From positions 4,178,944-4,242,943 of the forward strand of contig OZ316894.1 of the NCBI GenBank assembly GCA_973895155.1: a DNA stretch of 64,000 nucleotides, given 5' to 3'. The notes under the pieces were generated by a model. The model was not told the origin of the DNA. It was given only the letters and a program-made list of their open reading frames with translations, and did no database searches. Source of the DNA: Marsupella aquatica. Its lineage: Eukaryota; Plantae; Marchantiophyta. Below are positions 36,970-51,369 of this stretch, in pieces. Numbering within the stretch: the first letter of the stretch is position 1; each line of letters begins with the position of its first letter. The translations under genes were made by a program, and so were the position numbers.

Positions 36970-37921
36970 AAGCTAGGAGCTAGGAGCTAGGAAGCCAGAT
37001 AAGATTGATTTAACTGAAGAGATTGCTTGTTGTCAACCAGGAGAGAGAATTCTGACAAACCTAGCTACTGACAAAGGCTGGAGTTGAAAAATAATACTAC
37101 AATTTGAGTGATGACTTGTAATTGAGCATTATTTTGTGGAAGAGTGATATTTGGCACAATGGGCTACATTTGCAAATTTGACAGAAGAAAATGCTTTGAT
37201 ATAGCAGAATTGACAATTGAATATATGATGACAATTCTGAAAGTGCATTGATTTAATTATTGCATCAATCTTTGTGCAAAAATGTTTACATTTAGATCTA
37301 GGATCAGAATTATTGAATCTTCAGCATTTGTAAGGGACCTGTGACGCTTTGCCTCCACCAATTTGTACAAACTAAGAGAAACATGAATCTTGAGCAACAT
37401 CAGATGTGATTGAGACTGGAGATGTGTGAGATCGAGAATTGAAGAGTCTGACTGGACATGTGTGTACCGTGCCCAAAGACATGCAATCATAGCCCAAGAG
37501 TCTTTGGTACAGAGTCAACTCTCCCGTCAACTCTGAATGGACATGTTTGTTGCATGAGTTTGAATTGATAAGGATGTACTAGTGTGCAAATGCAATTCGT
37601 GTACACTTAGGTATTCCTGGTATAGAGTGTGAAGGATGGTCCATAAAAAATATTGAGGTTGGGCTTTTAGAAATAATGCACAAGTTTTTCTCAACTAGGC
37701 CCACATTTTATTGCCACAAAAAAGACAAGTACATGGTATGATGAGCTCAAGAATAGCTTCACATCAAACTCTACAGAAAACAAAACATCGAAATATTTTA
37801 ATCTGCCATACAATTATACAAACAGGACAAAAAAATAGTCTGCTCAAAATCTGCCATACCAATAGGAAATGCAACATCAACTATTGCCGCAGATGATCTA
37901 GGCAATATTGCCGCAGTAGAA

Positions 37922-39794
37922 TTGGGAGAAATGCCAGACATTGGGCTTGAAAAGGAGGATGATCACCAAGTGCCTGAGACCGCTGCAAATGAAGAAGAGA
38001 AGGCAGGTGCTTCAACACCTCCCCTGTCTCCTCTATATTGCTCATCAGAGACTAAATTGGTTTTTACAAGTGCTTCTACAGGAAGCCCTATAGTATTATC
38101 ATTTTCACAAAATTCTGGATCCGAGATAGGCAGGACTGGATATATGAAAACAGTCCGTCGTGCAACTCATTTCATATGGAGAAATGGACCAAAGGTTGGA
38201 ATGATAGAATCACTAGACGAAGCTCCAAAGATAATGGCAAAATCAGATTACAAAAACATGAACTTGAGACTGAGCCCAGTTTTTGCACCCCCATCCTTTG
38301 AAGAGCAACTTCCCGGTGGCATCAATTCTGAGATACAGAGTGTTCTAGGTGATCAGATGATAGATGAATTTGGGCATTTTAACATCGGAAATTATTAGCC
38401 TTATCTTTGGTTCTTGCTATTTTAATGACAATCTAAACTTTATCTTTGTAATAATATACTTGTTTACAGACCAAAGTTGCGTCGTAGAATCTCCTTCCTC
38501 AAATGATTTTATTGGCATTCCCTCGGCAAACGTTGTTGTGGAGGAAGGGTTTGACCCAGGTATACCTTGGATCTAAAAAATAGCAAATTTTGAATGTAAT
38601 TTTTTTTCTAGGAGGGTCGCCCAAGGGTCGTTCCTCTCTCCTTCAAATGTTATAACAAAGTTTGTTTGATTTCAAATTTTGAGAGTTTTCCTCGGTAGTA
38701 ATTGTTTAAACTTTGAGTCACATTGACTAAGGGCTTATTTGAATGTTTCCAGACTTCACTCCAATACTACACTCTCCGATCCGGCAAAAGCTCTTGGTTC
38801 TTGACCTTAACAAGATTTGTTGGGATTGCATTAAGACCAGAAGCTCAGGACCATGGCGAAATCAGACAAGTTTATGTGGTGTGCACTGGGGGAGACGTGG
38901 AGGGTTTAATTTCATGTATTATGGAGCGCCCCTACCTCCATGAATTTCTATATGCAGCTTTCATGGCTTTTGACGTCACAATTTGGACCTGTGCAAGGAG
39001 GCCAAAAACAATGAACGTAATGGAGATGATTTTCACTGAGGAGGAGCGACAGAAGTTCAAGTTTGTCTTTACTCAAGAAGATACCTTTGATAGTTGCATC
39101 CAAAGACCAGATATAACAGACGGGAAGGCCAATTTACTTTTGAAGAATCTGCAAACCATTTGGGACTGTTTTCCAGAAAAATATGATGGTTCTAATACAG
39201 TTCTTATCGATGATTCTCCATTGAAGGCATTTTTGAATTATGACGTGAATGGATTGTTTCCAAAGATCCATTTACTCACACAGCTTCAAATGACACTTTT
39301 TTGCCCGAGATATTATGGCTGTATCTTTGCAAATTGAGAAAGGCCTACTGCGTTCAACATTATATCACTGTCAACAATCCAAAGTGGTCTGTTTTCAATT
39401 TATTAACAAGCAAGGAGGATCATGCTGCCATCTATGCTCTTTTGGAGGTGAAGTGGGGAGATTGTCGTTGTATCCATAAGGAGTTTGGAACCATCTTGGA
39501 TGTGAATCCTGAAGAGATTCCTTGGGACGGAAAGGAGGAGGTGCAACATTACCACCACTAGAGACGTGGACCACGGATGAGTTCGAAGAAACTGCAAATG
39601 CTATACTTGGAGACAACTATTCTGGTCCTCATAGACAAAATGGAAGGCATTTTATTTGGAAAATTCTAAGAACTAGGGATCTCACCAATAAGTTTAAAAA
39701 CCACCATGCGAGAGATACTTGCAACCGTGACATCCGCTATGATAAATCAGGAAGCAGACTTTCTTGTTCAAATGAGTTTTGTCTTGATCATTAG
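37922..39794 (+). pseudogene. FCP1/NIF-like HAD phosphatase-domain gene, frameshifted
   Basis: KLLVLDLN in one frame, then ERPYLHEFL, FDVTIWT, LLKNL and NTVLIDDSPLKA in another. Further frameshifts near 39270 and 39550. Upstream low-complexity exons with short AT-rich introns. Confidence 0.8.
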
Positions 39795-42700
39795 GAGATA
39801 GGGTTGTTCTAGTGCCTACCCTGAATTGTACATTCATATTATGTCAAAGGATATGTTTTGAACATGTAGGACAAAGTAAACAATTAGAATATGCTTAGTG
39901 TGAGGCTCTCTCACTAGAAGTCCTGGACAATTTAATAATTATATAGTGGGTCAATCTCATTATGACCCTTGATTTATCATCATAGATATTTTTTAATTTA
40001 TGGTCTGAGTGGTATTGGCCTCTGATTTTTGGACTGAATCAAATTTACTGTAATTTATAAATTAATTAGAATATATGATTTAAGTTATTATTAAACATTT
40101 GGGTGTAAAAAACAAAATTTTGGGCATTCAAAAGTGCATATTTGGGCTGAAAAAAATTAGCTTTTGGGAATGATTTAAAAGAAATTTGGCCCGAAAAAAA
40201 CAACTTTAGGGTTCATCTTTTGGACTTTTAAAAGTACAGTTTTAATGAATATAGTGATAAGGGGAGATGTAGGATCTGCAGCAAAGAGGGGTTCTTCTTC
40301 ATGATTAAGGTGGCAGAATTGTTGGCAGAGAAGTCATGGCTGCTGTGGATTTGACTACACTCGCTTTGGAATTGGAGAGATTATTGCCTTCAGCTGGGCC
40401 ATATTATTTTGCCTCCATAGTTTGAGGAAATCCCTCATCTCGATCAGTGTCAAGATGCTCAGTGGGCAGGGTAATCATATCCATGAACGTCTGAATCTCT
40501 AAAACTCTCAAGCGCTGCAATCCTGTCTGACACGTTACCTACTAAGTTGGGCTAAAACTTTGAATGTGTCCTCTTGGGTCCTCCCTTAATTTCTTTGCAT
40601 TCTCCTTTGCAAATTTAGTTCCACTGTTTCCCATAGAACTGGCATTATGTGTGTCTAGAATGTACGTTTCTAATTCAACACCTACCCCTCCAAAGAATCA
40701 TGGTTGTTCTCCTTACTTGCATCACTATTGTGCTGACTCGCTATTGTGCCTCTGATTGACCTTCTGATTGGCATCATCGACCTTAATTGAGCAATTCTTC
40801 AAAATATAGTTGTGAATAGAAAACATGAAGTCCTGGCTTTCCCTTGGGCGCCGCTTGTAAAGTTATTATAATTTTCAAGTTGTTGAAAGTGTCCTTGTTG
40901 TTGGTGCCCAAAATGTCCAGGTCTTCTACAACTTTGTGGCACCCAATATATTTGGTTGATGTAGCCTTCCAAATGTCATCCCAATTGCTCTGAAGGGACT
41001 TGTTTGTTCTACTCTCAAGACTGCCAGACCCCATGCCAAACTCTGGTGGTGCTCCCCTCCTCACTCCCAGAAATTCTCCTTTTTCTGTCCCAACCCAACA
41101 CATGGTAATTATGAATAGCACAACTTACTACTTCAATTCTAGTGCAGCCAAGTTCTTTCCTCTTGAGCAGGTGAGCCATCTAGACCGACTTACTATCAAG
41201 ACAGCACACTGTGCACCGCACTAATATGCAAACGTACCAGGGACCATAGATGAAACAAGCTAGGGCAGAATGTGTGTCGATGTGAAAGCAAACAGTGATC
41301 AGCATAATGTGAGCAGTCCAGATATAATAGGGAAGATCTAGATACCTTGCAATTATGCAGGTTTTGCACTCATGGGTGTGCACGTAGGAAGGGGCTGCCT
41401 GTAGCTGTAAGATCAACTTATCTTCTTTGAAAGGACATCCACTTTCCATATATTAAAATAATGATTTTGACCAAAATTTAACATTCATTTGTGCAAATTA
41501 CATATTGCTCCGAGTCTTGCATTGGTGTTTGGTGTAGTGGAGGAAGACCCAAGATTGTCCGTTGTTAATGTGTTCTAGGAATTTCTGACTGCCCACTGTC
41601 CAGAGGGCCCAGTGTACTAAATCTGTCTTTGGGGTGTGTCAAGTCCTCAAGATGCAAGAGGGGATCAGACAGCCAAAAACCAGTCTTCCCTAGCCAAGAT
41701 TCAAGACACAATTTGGGCTGTGGCATGCCGGGTGGCACACCCTTTCCAAGAACTTCATGCCGCTAGATGTCTCTCTCTAAGTGCATAATCTCTAAGTGCA
41801 AAACGCATAACTGCAAGGCATCATGTTCTTCCAGTTTTTACAAGGAGTTTGTGCATTTTTGCTTTCTTGTAAGTGCAAACATGCCTTGGAAACTTCCACT
41901 AAACAACAACTATATTAATGAAACCTTGATAAGTGTAAGCATTTGGTGAGCAAACACTGTCATTGAATTTGACTTACTGATAAGTGCATCATATTTACTA
42001 GTAGAGTACAACTTGCACTTATGGGTTGGAGGACCAAATTTAGGGCATGGATGTACAATTTAAAGTGGGAGGTAGCCAGACTCTTCAGAGCCAGGATATT
42101 TTGACACATTGAAGAGATATAAACCACACACTCTTATCAATAACTGCACAATTTTATGAATTTGCACTTATCACTTGATTCAAATGTGCACTGTGACTTG
42201 CATGTATGCAGCCCTTCAATATGCTGCCCAAAACCAATGTTCTGGCAGAGTATTATTTATAGAGAAAATCGTACCTGATATGCCTCATCTGCAAAGCTCC
42301 ATGGCTTCTGAAGTGGAAAATCAAGGCCAGGTCAGCAAACATTCCAGCCTTGCAGTGCCCAACCTTTACAACACTAAGACAAGACCATCCTACAGGTGAT
42401 CCTGAGGTCAAAGCTTTAACCCAGAAATTGAGAGGGCTTTAAGGGCCAGATTTTTTAGGGCCAGCTACATGCAATATAACTCTAAGTGCACAGTGGATGC
42501 TTCCTCCCAAGAGTGTGCACTTAGAGATGGACAACTGTACAAAAACTTTCCCACTGCCACTGTAGACTTTGCTTGTGCCACACTCTCACATTGTGGAGGA
42601 ATTCTTATACAACCAAGATATAGGAATCTTGGTGGTATAGAGAACAGATCTAGATGGGGTGGCTGCTCGTCATTTTTGAGAGCAGATCTAGATAGGCACG

Positions 42701-45700
42701 AAAGTCCTTTTTCAATAGGGATAGGAACGAAATCCTTTTTAAATAGGGATAGGAATGAAAAGTCTCACATAAAGTTCTTCAGGTTAGTGTGAGCTAACCT
42801 GAGCATCAGAAGCCTGACCACTTTCAATTGCTTGCTGCCAAACTGTGCTCAGGGATGACATGACCTGCAAAGTTTGCCATGGTGACTTTGGAATTTTTAT
42901 GATCATGTCCAACGTAATGTCTTTAGGCTTTTCTGGAAGTACTCCTCACCCAATTCCTTATTCACCATAGGTCGCAAATTAAGCTTTTGCTCGGAGCCAT
43001 TCTTGACATAAAGTTGGCCCACCTCTTCGCTCTAGCTGAATGTGGTCATATTGCCTCGCCTCCTGGTTGGAAGTCCCCTCTGGAAAGTTCAATTGCATAA
43101 TTGTGGCAAAGCGGCCTCTTTCATAAGCCGGGGAGTCTTCTTGCTCGAAGTCGACTATTGGCTCGTGAACCAAGAATTCCTAAACGGGTGGAAATTATGG
43201 TATGTTTCAATTGGCCACAGGTTTTCTTGTGGACTCTTCTAGCTGGAAGTTGATTGTTAGCTGGTCATCATAGGATTAAAAATAGGATGGAAAATATGGT
43301 ATATTGTAGACTATTGATTGGCCACACATTGTCTTGTGGGGTCTTTTAGCTGAAAGTTGATCGTTGGCTGCTCAATAAGCAACTACCGTCTATTTCAGGC
43401 ACTACTCTTGATTACCTTAGCTTCAGTGCACCAGTAATAGACAGAGATCAACGATTACAGCCGACTTTCATAACAGGCATTAGAAGCAAAACCTGTGAAT
43501 TTCTCTCAGTGAAGTTCGTTCTAACTAAGGCGAGGGTAGACTTCAACAGGGGGTAGATACCATTTCGGGAGGAATTACAAAGGCTGGGATTATGGGCCGA
43601 AATTCAATTGCTGCACTCCATGCAGTGAACAATGTTGTCGCTATGTCTCGTTTGAAGTATGCACCGGGGCCAGAATAGACTTTGCAGTATTCTTTGTTGA
43701 TTTTCTCATACAGTCCATCTCTTCATCTCGATCGCATGCTGTTTCTGTTTCAGCTCCCCAGTGATCAACATTGTGAGTTCCCATCAAATGCAGAGATGTG
43801 CAAAAGTGGGACATTGGACTCGATCTGTCTTGCTTTACGCACAATTTTTGAGCTGGTGGAACTCGATACAAATCCAGGCGTCGTTCTTCTCAGGGTTTTG
43901 GCTGAAGCTCTTTCGAAACTCTTTATTTGAGTTATAACGCCAGGGTCAACTTCGTTGACGCAGTGGGGTTGGGCTTTGGAGAAATGCTTTCAAAGTGTTG
44001 ATGTGGAGAATGTGGCTGCGTTCGTCTTGGGTATGCCTCCTATCCATTCCTTTCCCTTCCGTCAATTTCTTTCGGCCCTACTGCTGAGGCCTTTATTTGT
44101 CAGTCCAGTCTGCAAGCTAGTGTTGACTCCTACCAATTCCTTCTAAGATTTGTGGCTTCATTCTGTCTTATAATACAATTTGATTGTGACAAATTGTATA
44201 TAGCATACATTGCGCGGCAGATAGAAGGAGACAACGGAAAGCGCAGTCTGTCGAAATATTACATTACTGTAGTTCACCAGAATTGCTCTACCTACACAGC
44301 AATGAGCCGCGCGAGTTTCTTTTGCAATAGCTCTAGCTGAATTTGACCAGGCTACCTAAGCCACTAATCACACTGAAGTTCTTGAGCTTACGCTATACAA
44401 ATTGAAGACGGTAAACATCCACCTGCACGGGAAGGCTGCGAATTGGTCTCCATCGAGAAAAAGGTGAAGAATGTTTTTAATTCTTTAGCTCTTCAACTTT
44501 CATTTTGGATCCATAATGCGAGACATGTTTTGCCTGCCCCCCTTTTCTCATTCTGTTCTGTCTCTCTTCAGTGGCGGCTTCCAAGCAGTGTGGACATAAC
44601 TAATTCATTAGAATTAAGCAGACCTCTCTCGCAGTTCTCAATTGAGCTTTCACATTCGTACTTTTGCCTAATTTCGATTCTCGACCTCCTCTGTCAACTG
44701 CCGACCTCACATTTTCAGACACTGCAGCTTTCATGAGCAAGAGGAAACCTGTCCAGGAAACCTCGTCTCCACCCCATCAATCAAATGCCTGAACCCTGTG
44801 TTGAACATCAGTTCAATGATGACTAATGATCTGACGATCATTTTCAATCTGTTTTCTGGCATTCAGTTTTTGGCATTCTCTTCTCTTTCTCTTCGTCAGT
44901 TTAACTACAGCAGGTACCTGGTATTCAATACGATAGTAGTCCCTTTGCTGCGATTTCAACTACAGAGTCATCGAGTGCCCGTGATCCTCTGAAACGTGCT
45001 CACTCATCGCCCAAGTACTCGTTGCAGCGTTCGTCCTAATCTACAAACCCGAGCCCTAGTAGTACACGTTTCCCACGCTTCAGATTCATTGGCAAGATGC
45101 GAATCCAATAGCATGTATCTGAGGCTCTCGTCAGCAACAAGCTCTCAAGCTCTCGAACTAATCGAATGGATTCGAGCTTGAATGTACGGAAGTTGAAGTG
45201 AGAGACAGATGCTATCGCCCCATCATGTCAGTCCCTGCAGCTTGTGAGAGACGACGGCACCAGTTCCACGAACAACACCAATTAACCATCGAGCAACTTA
45301 CACGAGGATACTCGAGCAATGTAGTTGGGCCCATCTCAATAAGGCAGACACTGCTTTTCCAGAGCAGTCTTCAACGTGTAGAAACTCCACTGGACCTGCT
45401 TACAAGGAACCCAAGTATTACTTATCCAGAACCACGTCCATAACTACGAAAAAGAAAAAGTGCATCGGATTAGAGAAGCGATTGGGACTGAGGCTGCATC
45501 CCAATAAAAAATTCATGAACGAAACAGATAGATTCACGCGGTAAAGTGACGTGCAGGTGTAGGGACAAGGGATGGCCCACAAACCTGGGGAGCTTGCGAA
45601 TATTTTAATGTTTCGGGTCTGGCTTTGGGACGAGTGACAACACGCAGCCTGACCTCAAGAGTCCCGTGACCCTTTGAGCAGGAGCAGCAACAACATAGAA

Positions 45701-47857
45701 CGACAACCTTTGAAGTGGACTGGCAGTCAAGCCGTCAAGGATGGGGTTATATACCCTCATTGACCTCAATGGATCATGTGAAGCGGCGATTGTGAGGATT
45801 CATGTCTCTGACTTCTGGAGCTGAATGTTCTGTGGGGCAGGGAGGGATCTACTGTGCTTAGTGGAACTCAGCTTGCACCAGATGTCGAGGCACGCGCAAT
45901 TCATGGAACAATTATGAAAGTGAGAGAAAGAAATTCGAAGGAAAGGAAGGGAATGGAAGTGGATTGAGAATCTCCACAGGCAGTGGTGGCATTTTACCCT
46001 TGCAACTCACGAGCTTTTTGATAAAAGGTGGGCATGGGCTAAGAGGAGCTTTTGCCACGAGGCAAGGGCCATATATAATGGCAGAGATGAGGCTCTTTGG
46101 GGGGGAAAAAACAAGTGATCCGAAAATTTTAGTGCCAGGCATTCTCACTGATTGTATTGTTCCTCGTCCGAAGGTATTTTCAAGCTTTTACTGTGAGGAG
46201 AATAAAAAGCCCAATCCTTCACATATACTTTCTTGATCCAGGGTGGGGTTTATATTTGAAACCCAGCACTTGTGTTTTGCTTTACTTTTTGAGCCAGATT
46301 CGTTTTGCAATTTGTTATTGGATCCAGATCTTCTTTATCATCGTTTTTCAATTTGCACGATTGGATTCGTCTTTTGGGCAAAGTTGGCTTCAAAGAAAAG
46401 CAGTCTAGAAATTACCAGCACGTAATGCTTTAGACTACCAGCGTATAATGCTTTGAAAATTACCCATCCTAGTTGGCTTTGAGTGGGCCCCTAGTTTTTC
46501 ATTCTCATATGTTTATGTGTTAAGGTTGAGAATAACAAGGTTTCGATCACCTATTGGATGAGCTTGGGTAATATATTTACGTGGGCCCTCGTAATCTATG
46601 AAGAGGATGAGGTGTGGGGTTCGAGGGTTGAGGATTGATTGGAATCTTAGCTGGGGATGCGCTTCCATACTATTGTATGCAATTGAACTAAATAATGGAG
46701 TGCATCCAATGGGAACCTCGGACATTGAATCCTCTAGAAACTGATAAGATTATAATTATGCACCAACACACATGAGGAAACATCTAAGCCTACACTAGCA
46801 AGAGAACGGTGTGGGGTAAATAATTCTAACTGCATGGGCTTCAAAATTTTAGATGCATGTCCTAAATTGTCCCAACTTATGGTGGCATGGAAATCTCCAC
46901 CTGAAGGGTAATGGACAAAAATCAGGAAAATCCCTATGTAATGTTTTTCCAACAGGTCTAAAAATATAGGGAAATGCCACCTACCAACCCCTTGCAACCA
47001 AGGTCAAGCATTTCGGTCCTAAGAAACCCTAGAAATGCGTATGTAATGTTGTGCTTGGCATTTGATGCACTCATTCATGGTAATAACTTGTGTGCACTAC
47101 TTCTGTCCCACCCTGAAATAGGTTTGGATGTCATCAAAAAGTCTCACTTTAAATTTTAATTTCATGTCTACCTGATGAAATCAAACGAGTCTCACTTTCA
47201 ACTTGAATGTCATGTCCACATGCGTTTTCTGTCCCATCTCAATGTATGTACACTTGGTGTCATCAAATAGTCACTAGTCCTTTCAATGTCATGTCCACTT
47301 TATGCATCGCTGTCCACCATCATCCAAGACATTCTGTCTGCTGAGGGGAGGTTTGAATGGAAGCTGACCTACCTACTTTCCACAAATCAAAGGGAAAAGC
47401 TGCAAAGCTCAATCTTATCAAGACTCCACTAATGTAAACAATCCATGCAAGAAAGGTCAGCTACGAACTCAGGTGCTTTTCGTCTTAAGTAGGTATAAAT
47501 GTGGCACATTTTACCTTTGTTTTTGGGTTCTAGATTGAGTGTGTATGCTCTGGAAGAATCCCAGAAATTTGGTCTCCTGCAGAGATGTCAACAACATAGT
47601 AGAAGCTACTGTGATACACCCATCATTCATTTGATTCAACAAGGAAAAGCTCCAAAGGAGTTAACTATGTGGAACTCATCCTCAAGTTGTTGACCATGGT
47701 TACAGCCCTATTCCATGTGCCCCTACCCCTCAGCCCCATTTACAATTGGGGAATACCCCAAAATTCTTTCTGAACAAGTGAGGGCTCTAGAGTAACTTTA
47801 AGCCTGCAAGGCCCTTTGCCGGGTGAGCACCTGGTTGATAGCAGAGTCCATGTGCAG

Positions 47858-47960
47858 CTTAGGTCAGTTGGCCAGGGAATTATATAGCCCAGAACTAAGA
47901 GATCCCAGATTCAATCCCCCTGCCACAAGCAAGAGGTTGGAGGGTATGACTGTGTGTGTG
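47858..47960 (+). mobile_element. tRNA-derived SINE-like element
   Basis: A-box-like GTCAGTTGG and B-box-like GATTCAATCCC. Homologous to 63440-63545 (minus). Confidence 0.55.
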
Positions 47961-48806
47961 TGACGTGTGTACTGGTGGGAGTATTAGTTTCTCCTCAGCC
48001 CCTGACTGGTCTGCTTTGGGGTCCTCGTTTAAACCTCTCTTCCTCTTGGGTAGAGTCACCTGGGTATTGTCCCCTTGTGGCTACCCAACTAGGAGCATGC
48101 TATGAAGTTGATTGTCTATCCTATGTTGGATGGGTCTGCTTTTGGTTTCAAGGTCAAAAAAAAAAGGACAAATAAAAACACGAGTTATTTGAGGATTTGC
48201 TACCTCGACGCACCCAACTTTCCCTTTGTCCGCACACTCGGACTAGCATGCAAGGCTGACCCAGGCACCCCAGCACACATACCCGCACCTGACATTAGCC
48301 TGGCATAATGCAACAGGGCAGGAATCAAACCTAGGTGGGGATGGCAATAGACAAGCAAGCTATCACAAAAGGCCCACCACTTTAATTTATATCAACAAAA
48401 AAAAACCATTCCAAGGAAAGGCCCCACCACTTTGTTGTATGATTGGGAGGGGGGGGGGGGGGAGGGGGGGGGTGTGAGTCTATTATCAAACCACGGGCCC
48501 CCTCTCACCTGGCCTTGCTAGGACCAACATGAACCAATTTTACAAAAGAAAAATTGCTCTTTGAGTTCAAAGCCATTTTCAAGACAGGTTTCTGATGAGC
48601 CGTGTGTTCAGCACAGAGCAAACTATTCTTTTGCCTTTTAATAAAGAATATTGTGCGTGGGACACAAATGCGGCATACTCCGATAGTTGGACTGCTCCTA
48701 GCTACCGGAGAGACTCCACCCAAAAGAGTCCATCCAAGTTGTGTGTCAAACACACTGCAGGTCCATCTGGACTTCTTCTTCCTTCCCGGGAGCAAGAATT
48801 TAGCTA

Positions 48807-49286
48807 CACTGTACACCATAATTAGTGTTAATCACACTAATTTGAGAGCATACACTTTTGGGTTCTACCCATGGATTAGTGACACTCACACTAATTTTGT
48901 GTGCATAACTTAGCCTTCCTTTGGTCTCAAGAGTAGAAAATAGTGGAGAAAAAACTGTAATATTGAAAATTCCACAATTTTGAGTGTTGTTTTGGGCACA
49001 AGTCTTCCACTCTTGAGACCACACTGACACTAATTCATGCTAAACTAGGACTAATTCATGAGCAGACCCTAAAAATTGGTCTTATCAAATTAGTGAGAAT
49101 AGCACTAATGAGGGCCCTGAAAATTGGCCCCTCCCAAATTAGTGTGAGTAACACTAATAAAGGTCCTAAAAATTGGCCCAAATTGGCCATCACAAATTAG
49201 TGTGAGTAACACTAATAAGGGCCCTTAAAATTAGCCCTCCCAAATTACAGTAGTGAGAGTAACACTAACGAGGGTGACCACCAGTG
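48807..49286. mobile_element. Non-autonomous CACTA(CACTG)-like element with palindromic subterminal repeats
   Basis: CACTG...CAGTG ends with similar inverted subterminal sequence and about six ATTAGTG-n-CACTAAT palindromes. The 3-bp TSD does not match. Confidence 0.5.
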
Positions 49287-49799
49287 AAGTAATAAGTCCA
49301 CCAGCGAGAAATGGAACACACGTGTGAGAGTAGCAAAATTTTAAAAATAATAATAGAAAGGAATTATAAATAATAAATAAGGGAATTATAAAGAACTAGA
49401 AATGCGAGATAAATAATTAGATAAGTTAAAGCGCGTGCAGGAGGAGGCGGAGGAGGAGGAGGGACCGAGGGAGGGAGGAGGAGCAGCAGAAGCCCCTGTG
49501 GGCGAAGGAATCGGCGGCATCGACCATGGCGGAAGCATTCGGACCCACACGGTCCCGCGACTCAGGATGCGGTATAAATCTCCGCCGACTGCATTCCTCC
49601 ATGGTCACACACAGCCAGAAAAGAAAGAGTTCGATCAATCCTCCCCCTCTCCCCTCTCCTCTCTTAGAATCGAGCTCGATCGCGAATTGGGCTCTCGAGA
49701 AGGTCTTGAGTGGAGGAGAGACAGACAGACAGACAGACAGACAGATACTTGGTGAACAGACAAGAGAGAAGGATTAGAAGATCAAATTTAGTCACCTTC

Positions 49800-50165
49800 C
49801 TCTAGTAGATTTATCCTCGATCGATCGGGGAGTATAGAACTTTAGTAGAGGAAGAGAATAGAGAAGACAAGAGAGAAAGTTTTCTTCTCGATCGATCGGG
49901 AGGTCGTGAACTTGAGTAGAGGACGAGAATAGAGAAGACAAGAGAGAAAGTTTTATTCTCGATCGATCGGGAGCTCGTGCACTTGAGTAGAGGAAGAGAA
50001 TAGACAAGACGAGAGAAAGTTTTCTTCTCGATCGATCGGGAGCTCGTGAACTTGAGTAGAGGAAGAGAATAGACAAGACGAAGATAAAGGTTTCTTTTCG
50101 ATCGATCGGGAGCACGTGAACTTGAGTATAGGAAGCGAATTAGACAAGAGAAGAGAAGAGAGAAA
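49800..50165. repeat. ~70-bp purine-rich minisatellite with TCGATCGATCGGG core, ~5 copies
   Basis: Core at about 49817, 49888, 49959, 50028 and 50098. Confidence 0.92.
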
Positions 50166-51124
50166 GTTAGAGAGACCAATTTGGTCGGAATTGGGCTCGG
50201 CTCCTTCACGAGATCAAATGATTTTGATGAGCACAGGAGGAGAATAGAAGACAAGAGAAGAGAGAAGGGTAGATCAATTCCGTCGTCGAGTCGAATTGAC
50301 CTCGATCACGAGGAGCTTGAGCAGAGGAGGCGGAGGAGGCGGAGGAGGAGAATAGGCAACGTCTTCCTTCCGACGGAGAGACAGGAAGTCTTATAAGATC
50401 GAGGCGCAAGTTCAGGAGACTGACTGAGATTTGGAGGCTATGCTTTACAACCTCGACACTGATGCCTCGATCTGCTAGATAACAACCTCCACCACCACAG
50501 CATGTCGCTCATGAGACATGTCTCTTGGTCGATCCGAAGCTCAGTGTCGCTATAGTTAGATAGCCAGCCTTCAATTGGGTTCTGAAAAGCGGAATTATAT
50601 GTCACAGCGTGAAAGTGGGCCCTCATATAATTCAAACTCGGAGGCCTGATGTGGTCAGTTCTCGGTTCACAGCAAGCTCTGCAACTTACACTGGCAGCAA
50701 GTGTTTCTTTCTCTGAGGATAGAGGTTGAAGAAGACGACACTACTGTGAACTTGGGATTGAAGCGGAGTCCGTCTGTTGGAGGATGACAATTGTGATGTC
50801 TTAAGACTTCCAATTGTGGTACTGGTAGGGTTGGCAAGGCAAGTCAAGGTGAGGCAAGGTCCTCAATGCGCGTATGCACCCAATTCTAGAAAACGATCAG
50901 TGCAATTTTGACCATATGTTCTTACTGGGTTGGGTAAAGGAGGAGATACTGTCTGCCGTTTTTCGTTGCTGTTGTCCGCTTGAGGACTCAGCGTCTTGAT
51001 CAACAAATTTTTTGAATGATTTGAAGATTGACAGCTCGTTGACCTCCTATCCCGTTGCTTCAATTGATGCGGTGCATTCAATGAGGTTGCTAGCAGACTA
51101 TCATTTGTGCACGGGGTAGGGGCT

Positions 51125-51245
51125 CAATTCAATTTTGTAGCTAGGAGAATTTTGTTTCACGGGTGGAAGCCCGATCCAATTTTGTAGCTAGGAGATTTAT
51201 GTTCAAGGGGTAGGGACCCCATCCAATTTTGTAGCTAGGAGTCTA
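51125..51245. repeat. ~47-bp tandem repeat x3
   Basis: CAATTTTGTAGCTAGGAG three times. Confidence 0.85.
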
Positions 51246-51369
51246 CCATTCAAGGGGAAAGGACCAAATCACCACCCCCATAAGCACACAAAGGAGTTGG
51301 ACTCCACGAATAGGAAGAAAATAGTTCGTTTCCAAAGAGAGGGATCACAGTCAGGAGGGCACAGGGCGC

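Noticed and set aside
38610-38635. GGAGGG...AGGGTCGTTC resembling the conserved leader
   Set aside because: Match is too short, has no flanking hairpins, and appears to lie at an exon start.
49426-50409. Multiple repetitive ORFs
   Set aside because: Artefacts of the low-complexity GA-rich array.
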